Positions 30,001 through 41,632 of a stretch of DNA of 64,000 nucleotides are shown here, piece by piece; position 1 is the first letter of the stretch, and each line of letters opens with the position of its first letter. The notes beneath the pieces are model-generated. The model did no database searches, was not told the origin of the DNA, and was given only the letters and a program-made list of their open reading frames with translations. Source of the DNA: Eledone cirrhosa. Its lineage: Eukaryota. The stretch lies in assembly GCA_964016885.1 (NCBI GenBank), contig OZ024742.1, positions 361,398,001-361,462,000 on the forward strand, written 5' to 3'. Made by a program: the position numbers and the translations under genes.

Positions 30001-33000
30001 CATGTCTACAAGGAATGGCTGGCAATAGCCCGTCTCCACAGTGATACCTCTGTCATTTCTACAGGGTATGGCTGTCATTGGCCCTTCTCCACAGTGATAC
30101 CTCTGTCATGTCTATAGGGAATGGCTCTCAATGGCCCTTCTCCACAGCAATACCTCTGTCATGTCTACAGGGAATGGCTGTCAATGTCCCTTCTCCACAG
30201 TGTTATCTCTGTCATGTCTACAGGGCATGGCTGTCAATGGCTTTTCTCCACAGTGATACCTCTGTCATGTCTACAGGGAATGGCTGTCAATGGCCCTTCT
30301 CCACAGTGTTATCTCTGTCATGTCTACAGGGAATGTCTGTCAATGGCTTTTCTCCACAGTGATACCTCTGTCATGTCTACATGGAATGGCTGTCAATGGC
30401 CCTTCTCTACAGTGAGATCTCTGTCATGTCTACAGGGAATGGCTGTCAATGGCCCATCTCTATAGTGATACCTCTGTCATGTCTACAAGGAATGCCTGGC
30501 AATAGCCCGTCTCCACAGTGATACCTCTGTCATGTCTACAGGGTATGGCTGTCATTGGCCCTTCTCCACAGTGATACCTCTGTCATGTCTATAGGGAATG
30601 GCTCTCAATGGCCCTTCTCCACAGCAATACCTCTGTCATGTCTACAGGGAATGGCTGTCAATGGCCCTTCTCCACAGTGTTATCTCTGTCATATCTACAG
30701 GGAATGGCTGTCAATGGCTTTTCGCCACAGTGATACCTCTGTCATGTCTACAGGGAATGGCTGTCAATGGCCCTTCTCTACAGTGAGATCTCTGTCATGT
30801 CTACAGGGAATGGCTGTCAATGGCCCATCTCTATAGTGATACCTCTGTCATGTCTACAAGGAATGGCTGGCAATAGCCCGTCTCCACAGTGATACCTCTG
30901 TCATGTCTACAGGGTATGGCTGTCATTGGCCCTTCTCCACAGTGATACCTCTGTCATGTCTATAGGGAATGGCTCTCAATGGCCCTTCTCCACAGCAATA
31001 CCTCTGTCATGTCTACAGGCAATGGCTGTCAATGGCCCTTCTCCACAGTGATATCTCTGTCATGTCTACAGGGAATGGCTGTCAATGGCCCTTCTCCACA
31101 GCCATACCTCTGTCATGTCTACAGGGAGTGGCTCTAAATGGCCCTTGTCCACAGTGATACCTCTGTCATGTCTACAGGGAATGGCTGTCAATGGCCCTTC
31201 TCCAAGGTGATACCTCTGTCATGTCTACAAGGAATGGCTGTCGATGACCCTTCTCCACAGAGATACCTCTGACATGTCTACAAGGAATGGCTGTCAATGG
31301 CCCTTCTCCACAGTGATATCTCTGTCATGTCCACAAGGAATGGCTGTCGATAACCCTTCTCCACAGCAATACCTCTGTCATGTCTACAGGGAATGGCTGT
31401 CAATGGCCCTTCTCCACAGTGATATCTCTGTCATATCTACAGGGAATGGCTGTCAATGGTCCTTCTCCACAGAGATACCTTTGTCATGTCTATAGGGAAT
31501 GGCTGTCAATGGCCCTTCTCCACAGTGATATCTCTGTCATGTCTATAGGGAATGGCTGTCAATGGCCCTTATCCACAGTGATATCTCTGTCATGTCTACA
31601 GGGAATGGCTCTCAATGGCCCTTCTCCACAGTGATATCTCTACCATCTCTACAGGGAATGGCTGTCAATGGACCTTCTCCACAGTGATCCCTCTACTATG
31701 TCTACAGGGAATGGCTGTCAATGGTCCTTCTCCTCAGTGATACCTCTGTCATGTCTATAGGGAATGGCTGTCAATGGCCCTTATCCACAGTGATATCTCT
31801 GTCATGTCTACAGGGAATGGCTGTCAATGGCCCTTCTCCACAGTGTTATCTCTGTCATGTCTACAGGGAATGGCTGTGAATAGCCCTTCTCCACAGTGAT
31901 ACCTCTGTCATGTCTACAGGGAATGGCTGTCAATGGCCCGTCTCCACAGTGATACCTCTGTCATGTGTACAAGGAATGGCTGTCAATGGCCCTTCTCCAC
32001 AGTGATACCTCTTTCATGTCTACAGGGAATGGCTATCAATGGCCCTTCTCCACAGTGATATCGCTGTCATGTCTACAGGGAATGGCTGTCAATGGCTCTT
32101 CTCCACAGCAATACCTCTGTCATGTCTAGAGGGTATGGCTGTCATTGGCCCTTCTCCACATTGATACCTCTGTCATGTGTATAGGGAATGGCTCTCAATG
32201 GCCCTTCTCCACAGCAATACCTCTGTCATGTCTACAGGGAATGGCTGTCAATGGCCCTTCTCCACAGTGATACCTCTGTCATGTCTATAGGGAATGGCTG
32301 TCAAATTGCCCTTCTCCACAGTGATACATCTGTCATATCTACAGGGAATGGCTGTCAATGGCCCTTCTCCACAGCAATACCTCTGTCATGTCTGCAGGGA
32401 ATGGCTGTCAATGGCCCTTCTCCACAGTGTTATCTCTGTCATGTCTACAGGGAATGGCTGTCAATGGCGCTTCTTCACAGTGATACCTCTGTCATGTCTA
32501 CAGGGAATGGCTGTCAATGGCCCTTCTCCACAGCAATGCCCTTGTCATGTCTACAGGGAATGGCTGTCAATGGCCCTTCTCCACAGTGATACCTCTGTCA
32601 TGTCTACAGGGAATGGCTGTCAATGGCCCTTCTCCACAGTGTTATCTCTGTCATGTCTACAGGGAATGGCTGTCAATGGCCCTTCTCCACAGCAATACCT
32701 CTGTCATGTCTACAGGGAATGGCTGTCAATGGCCCTTCTCCACAGCGATACCTCTGTCATGTCTATAGGGAATGGCTGTCAATGGCCCTTCTCCACAGCA
32801 ATACCTCTGTCATGTCTACAGGGAATGGCTGTCAATGGCCCTTCTCCACAGCAATACCTCTGTCATGTCTACAGGGAATGGCTGTCAATGGCCCTTCTCC
32901 ACAGTGATACCTCTGTCATGTCTATAGGGAATGGCTGTCAATGGCCCTTCTCCACAGCAATACCTCTGTCATGTCTACAGGGAATGGCTGTCAATGGCCC

Positions 33001-34420
33001 TTCTCCACAGTGATACCTCTGTCATATCTACAGGGAATATCTGTCAATGGCCCATCACTATAGTGATACCTCTGTCATGTCTATAGGGAATGGCTGTCAA
33101 TGTCCCTTCACCACACTGTTATCTCTGTCATGTCTACAGGGAATGGCTGTCAATGGCCCTTCTCCACAGTGTTATCTCTGTCATGTCTACAGGGAATGGC
33201 TGTCAATGGCCCTTCTCCACAGCAATACCTCTGTCATGTCTACAGGGAATGGCTGTCAATGGCCCTTCTCCACAGCGATACCTCTGTCATGTCTATAGGG
33301 AATGGCTGTCAATGGCCCTTCTCCACAGCAATACCTCTGTCATGTCTACAGGGAATGGCTGTCAATGGCCCTTCTCCACAGCAATACCTCTGTCATGTCT
33401 ACAGGGAATGGCTGTCAATGGCCCTTCTCCACAGTGATACCTCTGTCATGTCTATAGGGAATGGCTGTCAATGGCCCTTCTCCACAGCAATACCTCTGTC
33501 ATGTCTACAGGGAATGGCTGTCAATGGCCCTTCTCCACAGTGATACCTCTGTCATATCTACAGGGAATATCTGTCAATGGACCATCACTATAGTGATACC
33601 TCTGTCATGTCTATAGGGAATGGCTGTCAATGTCCCTTCACCACACTGTTATCTCTGTCATGTCTACAGGGAATGGCTGTCAATGGCCCTTCTCCACAGT
33701 GTTATCTCTGTCATGTCTACAGAGAATGGCTGTCAATGGCCCTTCTCCACAGCAATATCTCTGTCATGTCTACAGGGAATGGCTGTCAATGGCCCTTCTC
33801 CACAGTGATACCTATGTCATGTCTACAAGTAATGGCTTTCGATGACCCTTCTCTACAGTAATACCTCTGTCATGTCTACAAGGAATGGCTGTCGATGAGC
33901 CTTCTCCACAGCAATAACTCTGTCATGTCTACAGGGAATGGCTGTCAATAGCCCTTCTCAACAGTGATATCTCTGTCATGTCTACAGGGAATGGCTGTCA
34001 ATGGCCCTTCTCCACAGTGTTATCTCTGTCATGTCTACAGGGAATGGCTGTCAATGGCCCTCCTCCATAGTGATACCTCTGTCATGTCTACAGGGAATGG
34101 CTGTCAATTGCCTTTCTTCACAGTGATACCTCTGTCATGTGTACAAGGAATGGCTGTCAATGACCCTTCTCCATAGTGATACCTCTGTCATGTCTACAAG
34201 GAATGGCTGTCAATGGCCCTTCTCCACAGCAATACCTTTGTCATGTCTATAGGGAATGGCTGTCAATGGCCCTTCTCCACAGTGATGCCTTTGTCATGTC
34301 TACAGGGGATGGCTGTCAATGGCCCTTCTCCACAGCAATACCTTTGTCATGTCTATAGGGAATGGCTGTCAATGGCCCTTCTCCACAGTGATGCCTTTGT
34401 CATCTTGTCCACAAGGAACA
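1..34420. repeat. 53-bp tandem satellite array (~650 monomers), runs off the left window edge; higher-order repeats of mostly 30, 38 and 45 monomers
   Basis: Consensus atggcccttctccacagtgatacctctgtcatgtctacagggaatggctgtca (53 bp), repeated head-to-tail without interruption. A diagnostic +1 monomer (gtcaaattgcc) recurs at spacings of 2384, 1591, 2384, 2386, 2015, 2810, 5044, 2025, 2015, 3127, 2015 and 3659 bp. Confidence 0.99.
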
Positions 34421-35271
34421 GCTGAACCATATCTCAGACAGGAGAGTAGAGTGTCTTTCTTTTTCCCCTCTCTCATTCATTCATTAGTTTATTTGTGTTT
34501 CTTTTTTCTTCTTCATCTCTCTTTTTTGTTATCCCCTTATTGCTATGTATATTTACAGTTTCTATCACATTTCCCATTTAGAAAATAAACCAGTTATGTG
34601 TACTAGGCCAAACAGTTCATAGCCTGAATATGAAGGATTGATGCTAGAGCTGTGAAATCTTGCAGGCATTAATTTCACCTCTTATTAATAACTGCATTAT
34701 TTCTTTCCATGGCCTATATTGAAAAATAAACCTCATTTGGTAATTCCTTGAGAGTATCTTGGTCAGTCTCTGAACTTTTCAGCCTACATATATCTAACAT
34801 AAACCAATCCTCCATTGTTGAATACATGAATGCATCACTTTCCCCATCCTCACCCCAAACATTTAAATTTGTCTCTCTTTTGTTTGAGAAGAGACATGTT
34901 TGTTCCAAATATTTACAGCAACAATGTGAGTGTCATTACAAAAAAATATTTCTTTTTCCATGAAGCATTTTATTAAGTAATAAGGACTTCACATTATTCA
35001 CTTTAACATCAAGTGTGACATTTTAATTTGAAGAAGAATGTTACAATCTTTAATTGCTGTTAAAATTTAATTACAATTGAAGTTATGATAATGCACTCAA
35101 GTGGATATAAAATTTGGAAGCCTCCTATATTTGCAGCTGTTACATTCCTGTTGTGAAACTTTGATATTCAATACTAATATAAATATATATAAATATATGG
35201 TATGCAAATAAATATAAGATATGCAACAAAAAATGTTATATCTTATATTTGTGAACTAGCAGCATCAATGG

Positions 35272-35518
35272 AGTGAAGGTGCATGGCTTAGTGGTAAGGG
35301 TGTTAGACTAATGACCATAATGTTGCAGGTTTGATTCCTGGGCTGGGTTGTGTGTTGTGTTCTTGAGCAAAACATTCATTTCCAGTTGATCCAGTATATT
35401 CAGCTGAAAATGTATATTAACAATAACTGGAGGTTTAACTCTGTGATAGACTGACATCCTGTAACCTCAGTCAATACCACCAAACTGGGAAAAGCACCAG
35501 CCTGACAAGCCTTGAGAT
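35272..35518 (+). mobile_element. Old tRNA-derived CORE-type SINE
   Basis: A-box-like tggcttagtggt, B-box-like ggtttgattcc, then the CORE-like gttgtgttcttgagcaaaaca. Similar to the copy at ~41965. Confidence 0.7.
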
Positions 35519-35560
35519 CAGGGTTAGATTTAGTCCTAGGGGGCCCAGGGCATTTCAGGT

Positions 35561-35779
35561 TTAACCCTTTAGCATTTAAACCGGCCAGAATTCTCTCACC
35601 TCTTTCTTTTCAAACCGGCTGTAACTAGCCACTCATACTGATGTTAAGGTCTTGTTTTCAAAGTAAATAATAACATCATCAAAATCTCATTGATTCGATG
35701 TGAATAATTATGTAAGATAAAGCATTTACTGCGAAAATACAATAGTAGATATAGAGTAATGTGATTGCTAAAGGGTTAA
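35561..35779 (+). mobile_element. piggyBac-type MITE with TTAA TSD
   Basis: TTAA|ccctttagca ... tgctaaaggg|TTAA. A related copy lies in the opposite orientation at 48718-48934 (shared ggccagaattctctcacct). Confidence 0.85.
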
Positions 35780-36900
35780 GTGAGGAAACATTTTATTTAT
35801 GGGAGTATAAAACAGAAAGACAAAAGCAATATTCTCTCTAATCTCACTTATATAAATATCTCCTTACAATAGTTTCGTTTCTAGAAGAACTCTTATTAGA
35901 ACCACCAATAATTGAAGAATCCACAATACTCTTCAGGAGAGTTTAAATTCTTCAAAAGCTAAGAGAAAATTGACCAAGAAATTACCATACTGTTTCATAT
36001 ATATATACACACACACACACACATATATATGAATGTATGTATAGTATATTTGGTAATATACCATATGTTTAATTAAAAACATTTAAAAGACCTTACGCTA
36101 TCAGTTTTAAAGTAGTGACTATGTCACTTCTTTTTGGCGAAAGAAGGGAGAGAAGCTAACAGTCTGTTTCATGCTGGTTGGCAATCCTGAGAGCCCTGTA
36201 CTCCCCTGTTTTTGCTGAAATTATAGAAGCTGGATTCTTATAGAATTCCAGGAGCTCATTATACAGAGCGATTGCCAGTCCAGCAAAAATTAGGTAAGAG
36301 GATTGGTGTTCTGAAATAGAGATGTATACATGAATGTATATATAGTATATTTGGCAATACACATATATATTTGTCTTCAATAAAGGAATTTGACTACATC
36401 TTAAAGAGTGAATGTATTTAATTGTAAAATGTTGAGGAATGTCATTGAGAATATCTTCTTAACCATGATTGTGGTTTAAATGTATTTAATGTTGCAAGTG
36501 TTTTGGCTTCATACAAAGTCTTCTGTTGACCCTTAAGATGTGTAGCTGATTGTCACACTTGGTGGTAAATTGATGGTCGCTTTCATTTTTGTTTCCCTAC
36601 TTTTTCTTTTCTTTTTCTCTTTTTTTTTTTCTTTCTCTCGCTCTGGTTATATATTTTGGTGTTGTTTTTGTGAAGTTTCTAGCAATAGTTAATTGTATTT
36701 GTTATATTAGTAATGTTATTCTGAAAGAATTGTGAGATATTTGAAATATTATTTATGTTTGTATATATTTTATTTAATAAAAATTTTAAATACTAATATA
36801 TATATATAGTAATAATAATAAATGTGAAGACTAAAATCCAAAGAGGGCTCGATAAGGATAACTATATATCAAATATATAAGAACCCTAGAGCAAATATTT

Positions 36901-37020
36901 ATTAAAATAACAGATCAAAGTTTAAGCAAAGAATTGTTGCTTTCACCCTTAACGGGATCTTCTGAAACTTAAGAGTAAAAGCAGCAGTTCTTTGCTTAAA
37001 CTTTAATCTGTTATTTTAAT
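36901..37020. repeat. Short inverted repeat / hairpin (52-bp arms, 16-bp loop)
   Basis: attaaaataacagatcaaagtttaagcaaagaattgttgctttcacccttaa is the reverse complement of 36969-37020 with ~5 mismatches. Flanked by TA-rich sequence. Confidence 0.9.
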
Positions 37021-37794
37021 ATATATATATACACTGGCATTAAATAAAACCTGAGGATATGTAAAAGTTTCAGCATTATTTGTATGATTAAATGATAAAT
37101 ATGCATATACTCCACAGAAAGCAACTTAAGTTGCAATCTATAGAAAAATAAGGAATTCATAGTATCTTTTCTAGACATCTCTAATAGAGAAATTAATTAA
37201 AACATTACATTTATACTTGTGTAAACATTTGCTATATGAATAAAATACACCTTTTCTTAATATATCAAAACTAAAACAAAAACTAAACTAAAAAGTAAGC
37301 TAAAAATATACATCAGTGAGAAAGCTTGTTTTAAATTAAGATTTTAAAACTTAAATTGAACACAAAATATCAAACAAAACACAAATAGCAACGTAATAAA
37401 TTTCATTTACAATATTCAACCCTTTTGAAATGTTACCTCAAACCTTTGCTATTTTGATGTTTCATGAGGAATAGGTATTGGAAAGCAGACAAATATCAGA
37501 CAAACAAAATGGCCACAATGATGTAAATGTCTTTTTATAAAGTTCTGTTGAAACACACCCAGCGCTAAAAGCCAACCAAGGAATGGAATTCCTTGTTTGT
37601 ATTTAATGATTGCTTGCCTCATTCAGAATAATTACCATCTACATCTCTCCTTCTAGCCACTTAACCCAATGGAAATATATATGAACAAACCTTTCAAAGA
37701 TTCCTATTGCCATGTTGGGCAAGGGTGGGTTGTAATTACATCAGTTGCAATCTGTATATATGTATTTTCGAGTGAATAACAATAATATAATGAC

Positions 37795-37921
37795 TGTTTC
37801 TACTTTTGGCACAAGGCCAGCAATAACCCAGTGTATTACTGGTACTTTATGTTATCGACCCCGTAAGGATGAAAGGCAAAGTTAACCTCGGCGGGATTTG
37901 AACTCAGACCATAAAGGGCCG
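37795..37921 (-). mobile_element. 5'-truncated tRNA-derived SINE, inverted partner of the copy at 37973-38165
   Basis: Reverse complement of 38035-38158 (gagttcaaatcccgccgagg...gctggccttgtgccaaaagtagaaaca). Confidence 0.85.
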
Positions 37922-37972
37922 TATGGTCTGAGTTCAAATAATATTATATTATAATATTATTAATAATATTAT

Positions 37973-38165
37973 AGGGCGGTGGATTTGCAGTATCGGTAGA
38001 GGGTCAGACACCATGCTTTCCAGCAAAGTTACGTCCCTTTACGATCTGAGTTCAAATCCCGCCGAGGTTGACTTTGCCTTTCATCTTTACGGGGTCGATA
38101 AAATAAAGTACCAGTAATGCACTGGGTAATTGCTGGCCTTGTGCCAAAAGTAGAAACAATTATTA
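37973..38165 (+). mobile_element. tRNA-derived SINE (second family), near full length
   Basis: Head ggcggtggatttgcagtatcggtagag, B-box gagttcaaatccc, tail gtagaaac(att)n. Homologues at 47262, 47451 and 48245. Confidence 0.85.
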
Positions 38166-38389
38166 ATAATATTATAATATTATTAATATTCGGTTTGTTT
38201 ACAAGCAAACAGCTTTATTAACACCGTGTGTGTTTTCTAAATGACCAATCTTATCCTTTTGTTTCAGCAGTAGCTGAGTAGAAACAGTTGACAATTGTTT
38301 CAGAGCTTTTGCTCTTTATCGAGATTGTGTATCCTCATCACTGCGAACTGCCAGTTCAGTTGATCGTGTCTTGCTCATAAAGAACTGAT

Positions 38390-38562
38390 TTTGGCTTGGT
38401 TTCTACGGCTGGATGACTTTAACAATGCCACCCATATTTTCGTTGTGACACCTACGTGACGAGTTTATAGTGTGGACTTGGTGCTGTTGTTGTATTGCCA
38501 ACATGGCCAATCTCCAGTGTGGATTGGGTGCTTTTTATTCTGACACCTATACGACCACTTTA
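38390..38562 (-). mobile_element. SINE/RTE 3'-tail fragments containing one dispersed copy of the 48-bp satellite monomer
   Basis: Minus strand reads gtaaagtggtcgtataggtgtcagaataaaaagcacccaatccacactg and catccagccgtagaaacc. Confidence 0.7.
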
Positions 38563-38575
38563 CATATACATATGC

Positions 38576-38610
<35 letters not shown>

Positions 38611-39087
38611 AATTACACTCAAGATTATCCAAGAACTTTGTGCGTAACATCTGAAAAATATTATGCAGGAGTGAGACAGGTTTACAGTGTTAATCACGGG
38701 CTTATGGCCATTCAATACAACATTGTAAAGATGGCTCTTTTCTGTAAAGGTGTGGCAGTTATCGTGTGTGGGACTGTGTGTGTTATTGTTGTTAAAACAT
38801 ATTGGTACATATTATGCACATTGCAAACATTATCTATATATAAAGCAGAGTGTGGTAATGTATTTTATGACAAAAAGTAACAGTAAAATGTTATACAGGT
38901 TTAACCTCGTATTTGTTCACTGTTATGATCAACTACCAGGTGAAAATTATATTACAAGTAACTGCCATTAGGAAGGGCATCCAGCTATAGAAACCATGTA
39001 AGAATTAGTTCTGTATAAGCAAGACATGCTGGTCACCTTCCTCAAATTGTTTCAAATGGGATAACCTATTTAACACATTAAACTATG

Positions 39088-39123
<36 letters not shown>

Positions 39124-40039
39124 TAGGAAAGCAATGTTCAATTGGTCAGTGTGCAGAAATAAAATAATATTTATTTAGGTTCATAAATAGAACAAAATTG
39201 CTGCCTAGCATTTCAAGACCAAATATTGACCAATCTCCAAAATGTAAGAGGGATCAAATTTGTGACCTATCTATCTTCTTCCATTTATGAACATAAATAA
39301 ATAGAGTATATATATATATATATATAGAAAGATTTGAATGGATACAGTTTAGTTGAAAGGAATTTATTGACACGTGTTTCTATAACAGTTACATAACCTA
39401 AAACAGCTGCTATCTACAAACTTTTAGTTATGCAGACATTAAATATTTCAATGTTATTATTTACTGTCATTTCATCAGAGTAATATTACTGAGGACCTAT
39501 TTAGTTTTTATAGAGAATATTAGGAGGGAGGGGTGAAGTTGTCAGAAGAATAGTTCAAGGAGTGGTTTTTCAATAGCAGTGAGAATTCTTGGTGGCAGTG
39601 AGTAATTAGATTCCCATCTGTTGTTTTGACATTTTTTATAGAATATATTATTGGTTATTTTTCTAAATCTATAGAAGGATTAGACATAGTAAAGATATGC
39701 GTGGTTGGTTTTGTGTTTGCACTTAATTAACATTCAGACTTAAATTTTTCTTTCTAGTGTACGTATCCTTTCACCCACGCATTCACACACAAATATATTT
39801 GCACACCTCTACAAAATACATATACTCACAATTCACATATTCATACTTACATATATATACACATGCATACACATATATATACACACATGTATTCATGTAT
39901 ATACATACGCGCTCATGTGTATACATTTTCATACTCAACTTATCTTTATATACACACGTATAGACACACACATATATACATACATACTCTAGTCCATGTG
40001 TACACACATACACATACATACACATCCATATACACATAT

Positions 40040-40072
<33 letters not shown>

Positions 40073-40527
40073 AGCACTTTAATACATGAATACACTTACA
40101 TCTAACTATACACATCAAACATATATATATATTTACTTATTTATATACATTTTCACATATATATACATACTTATGGACGTTTTTAGACACATTCATTATC
40201 GCATATTTGCACCTATTCTCATCAGCATATCTTTCCATTATTAGTGTGGTAATTTAAGGTTATTAATATATGTTGAGAAGAGATTGTTTTTATATTTTTC
40301 TAACTAGATTAAGGTTTATATAGTTGGGGGATGTCCCTCTTTTATGTAATATTCGGCTTGTAGTGGGAAAAAAGGGTTTTAGTTCTGTGACGGCAGAATA
40401 ATGTTCGTTCAATTCTGTTATTCACCAGTTTCTTCTTGTGTGTGATTATGTAATAAATCTCAAGATTACACAATTTGCAGAAATTTTGGCTCCTGGAAAA
40501 GCTTTGGGTTTTAGCTAATTTCCAGAA

Positions 40528-40758
40528 AAAGCTTGGACGCTCAGGGATAGCGATCAAAAGTTTACCCTAAAATGGGAGAAATTAGCTAAAACCCAAAGCT
40601 TTTCCAGGAGCCAAAATTTCTGCAAATTGTGTAATCTTGAGATTTATTACATAATCACACACAAGAAGAAACTGGTGAATAACAGAATTGAACGAACATT
40701 ATTCTGCCGTCACAGAACTAAAACCCTTTTTTCCCACTACAAGCCGAATATTACATAA
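40528..40758 (+). pseudogene. C-terminal fragment of a Penelope-like GIY-YIG endonuclease (CxLC...N.R.E...CRH type); a shorter mirror copy lies at 40342-40520 on the minus strand
   Basis: Translates as KAWTLRDSDQKFTLKWEKLAKTQSFSRSQNFCKLCNLEIYYIITHKKKLVNNRIERTLFCRHRTKTLFSHYKPNIT*. This fits the recalled PLE pattern W.LK.....IKW.I.......CNLCL.EK..I.....LN.R.E....CRH..K.LL. It is absent from the ORF track on + because it has no start codon. Confidence 0.8.
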
Positions 40759-40870
40759 AAGAGGGACATCCCCCAACTATATAAACCTTAATCTAGTTAG
40801 AAAAATATAAAAACAATCTCTTCTCAACATATATTAATAACCTTAAATGACCACACTAATAATGGAAAGA

Positions 40871-40928
40871 TATGCTGATGAGAATAGGTGCAAATATGCG
40901 ATAATGAATGTGTCTAAAAACGTCCATA
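40871..40928 (+). ncRNA. Candidate degenerate minimal type I hammerhead (mirror copy 40172-40229, minus strand)
   Basis: tatg-CTGATGA-gaa-taggtgca...tgtgtcta-AAAAC-GTC-cata. Stem I (tatg/cata) is intact, but the G12 position is A and the stem II register is imperfect. Confidence 0.4.
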
Positions 40929-41025
40929 AGTATCTATATATATGTGAAAATGTATATAAATAAGTAAATATATATATATGTTTGATGTGTATAGTTAGAT
41001 GTAAGTGTATTCATGTATTAAAGTG

Positions 41026-41082
<57 letters not shown>

Positions 41083-41632
41083 ATATGTGTATATGGATGT
41101 GTATGTATGTGTGTACACATGGACTAGAGTATGTATGTATATATGTGTGTGTCTATACGTGTGTATATAAAGATAAGTTGAGTATGAAAATGTATACACA
41201 TGAGTGCGTATGTATGTACATGAATACATGTGTGTATATATATGTGTATGCATGTGTATATATATGTAAGTATGAATATGTGAATTGTGAGTATATGTAT
41301 TTTGTAGAGGTGTGCAAATATATTTGTGTGTGAATGCGTGGGTGAAAGGATACGTACACTTGAAAGAAAAATTTAAGTCTGAATGTTAATTAAGTGCAAA
41401 CACAAAACCAACCACGCATATCTTTACTATCTCTAATCCTTCTATAGATTTAGAAAAATAACCAATAATATATTCTATAAAAAATGTCAAAACAACAGAT
41501 GGGAATCTAATTACTCACTGCCACCAAGAATTCTCACTGCTATCGAAAAACCACTCCTTCAACTATTCTTCTGACAACTTCACCCCTCCCTCCTAATATT
41601 CTCTATAAAAACTAAATAGGTCCTCAGTAATA

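Larger units (their letters stand above)
34732..36310 (-). pseudogene. Candidate spliced gene fragment of unknown product, possibly decayed (exons 36310-36161, 35958-35848, ~34876 or 34783-34732)
   Basis: Exon 36161-36310 is a 150-bp open phase 1-1 segment between tatttcAG and GTtagc (EHQSSYLIFAGLAIALYNELLEFYKNPASIISAKTGEYRALRIANQHETD). The next segment has ttttctcttAG and GTgaga and reads SFEEFK/LLKSIVDSSIIGGSNKSSSRNETIVRRYLY only if 1 bp is restored near 35943. The third segment joins in phase 2 (…LKSSETDQDTLKELPNE). No family recognised. Confidence 0.35.

Noticed and set aside
1-34420. Dozens of 60-239 aa Cys/His-rich ORFs (MALLHSDTSVMSTGNGCQWPFST...)
   Set aside because: 53 is not a multiple of 3, so every frame cycles through the same peptide. 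ORFs exist only where the consensus cagTGA is mutated. Satellite artefact.
1-34420. C2H2 zinc-finger array origin (YHC and TVEKG-like words)
   Set aside because: The period is 53 bp rather than 84 bp, and there is no CxxC...HxxxH spacing.
37430-37752. Possible additional minus-strand exons
   Set aside because: Stops occur in all frames between plausible splice sites, and no phase-consistent link to the 36161-36310 exon could be made.
39757-41359. Tyr/Ile/His/Val-rich ORFs on both strands
   Set aside because: Translations of (TA)/(CA) microsatellite mosaics inside the palindrome arms.
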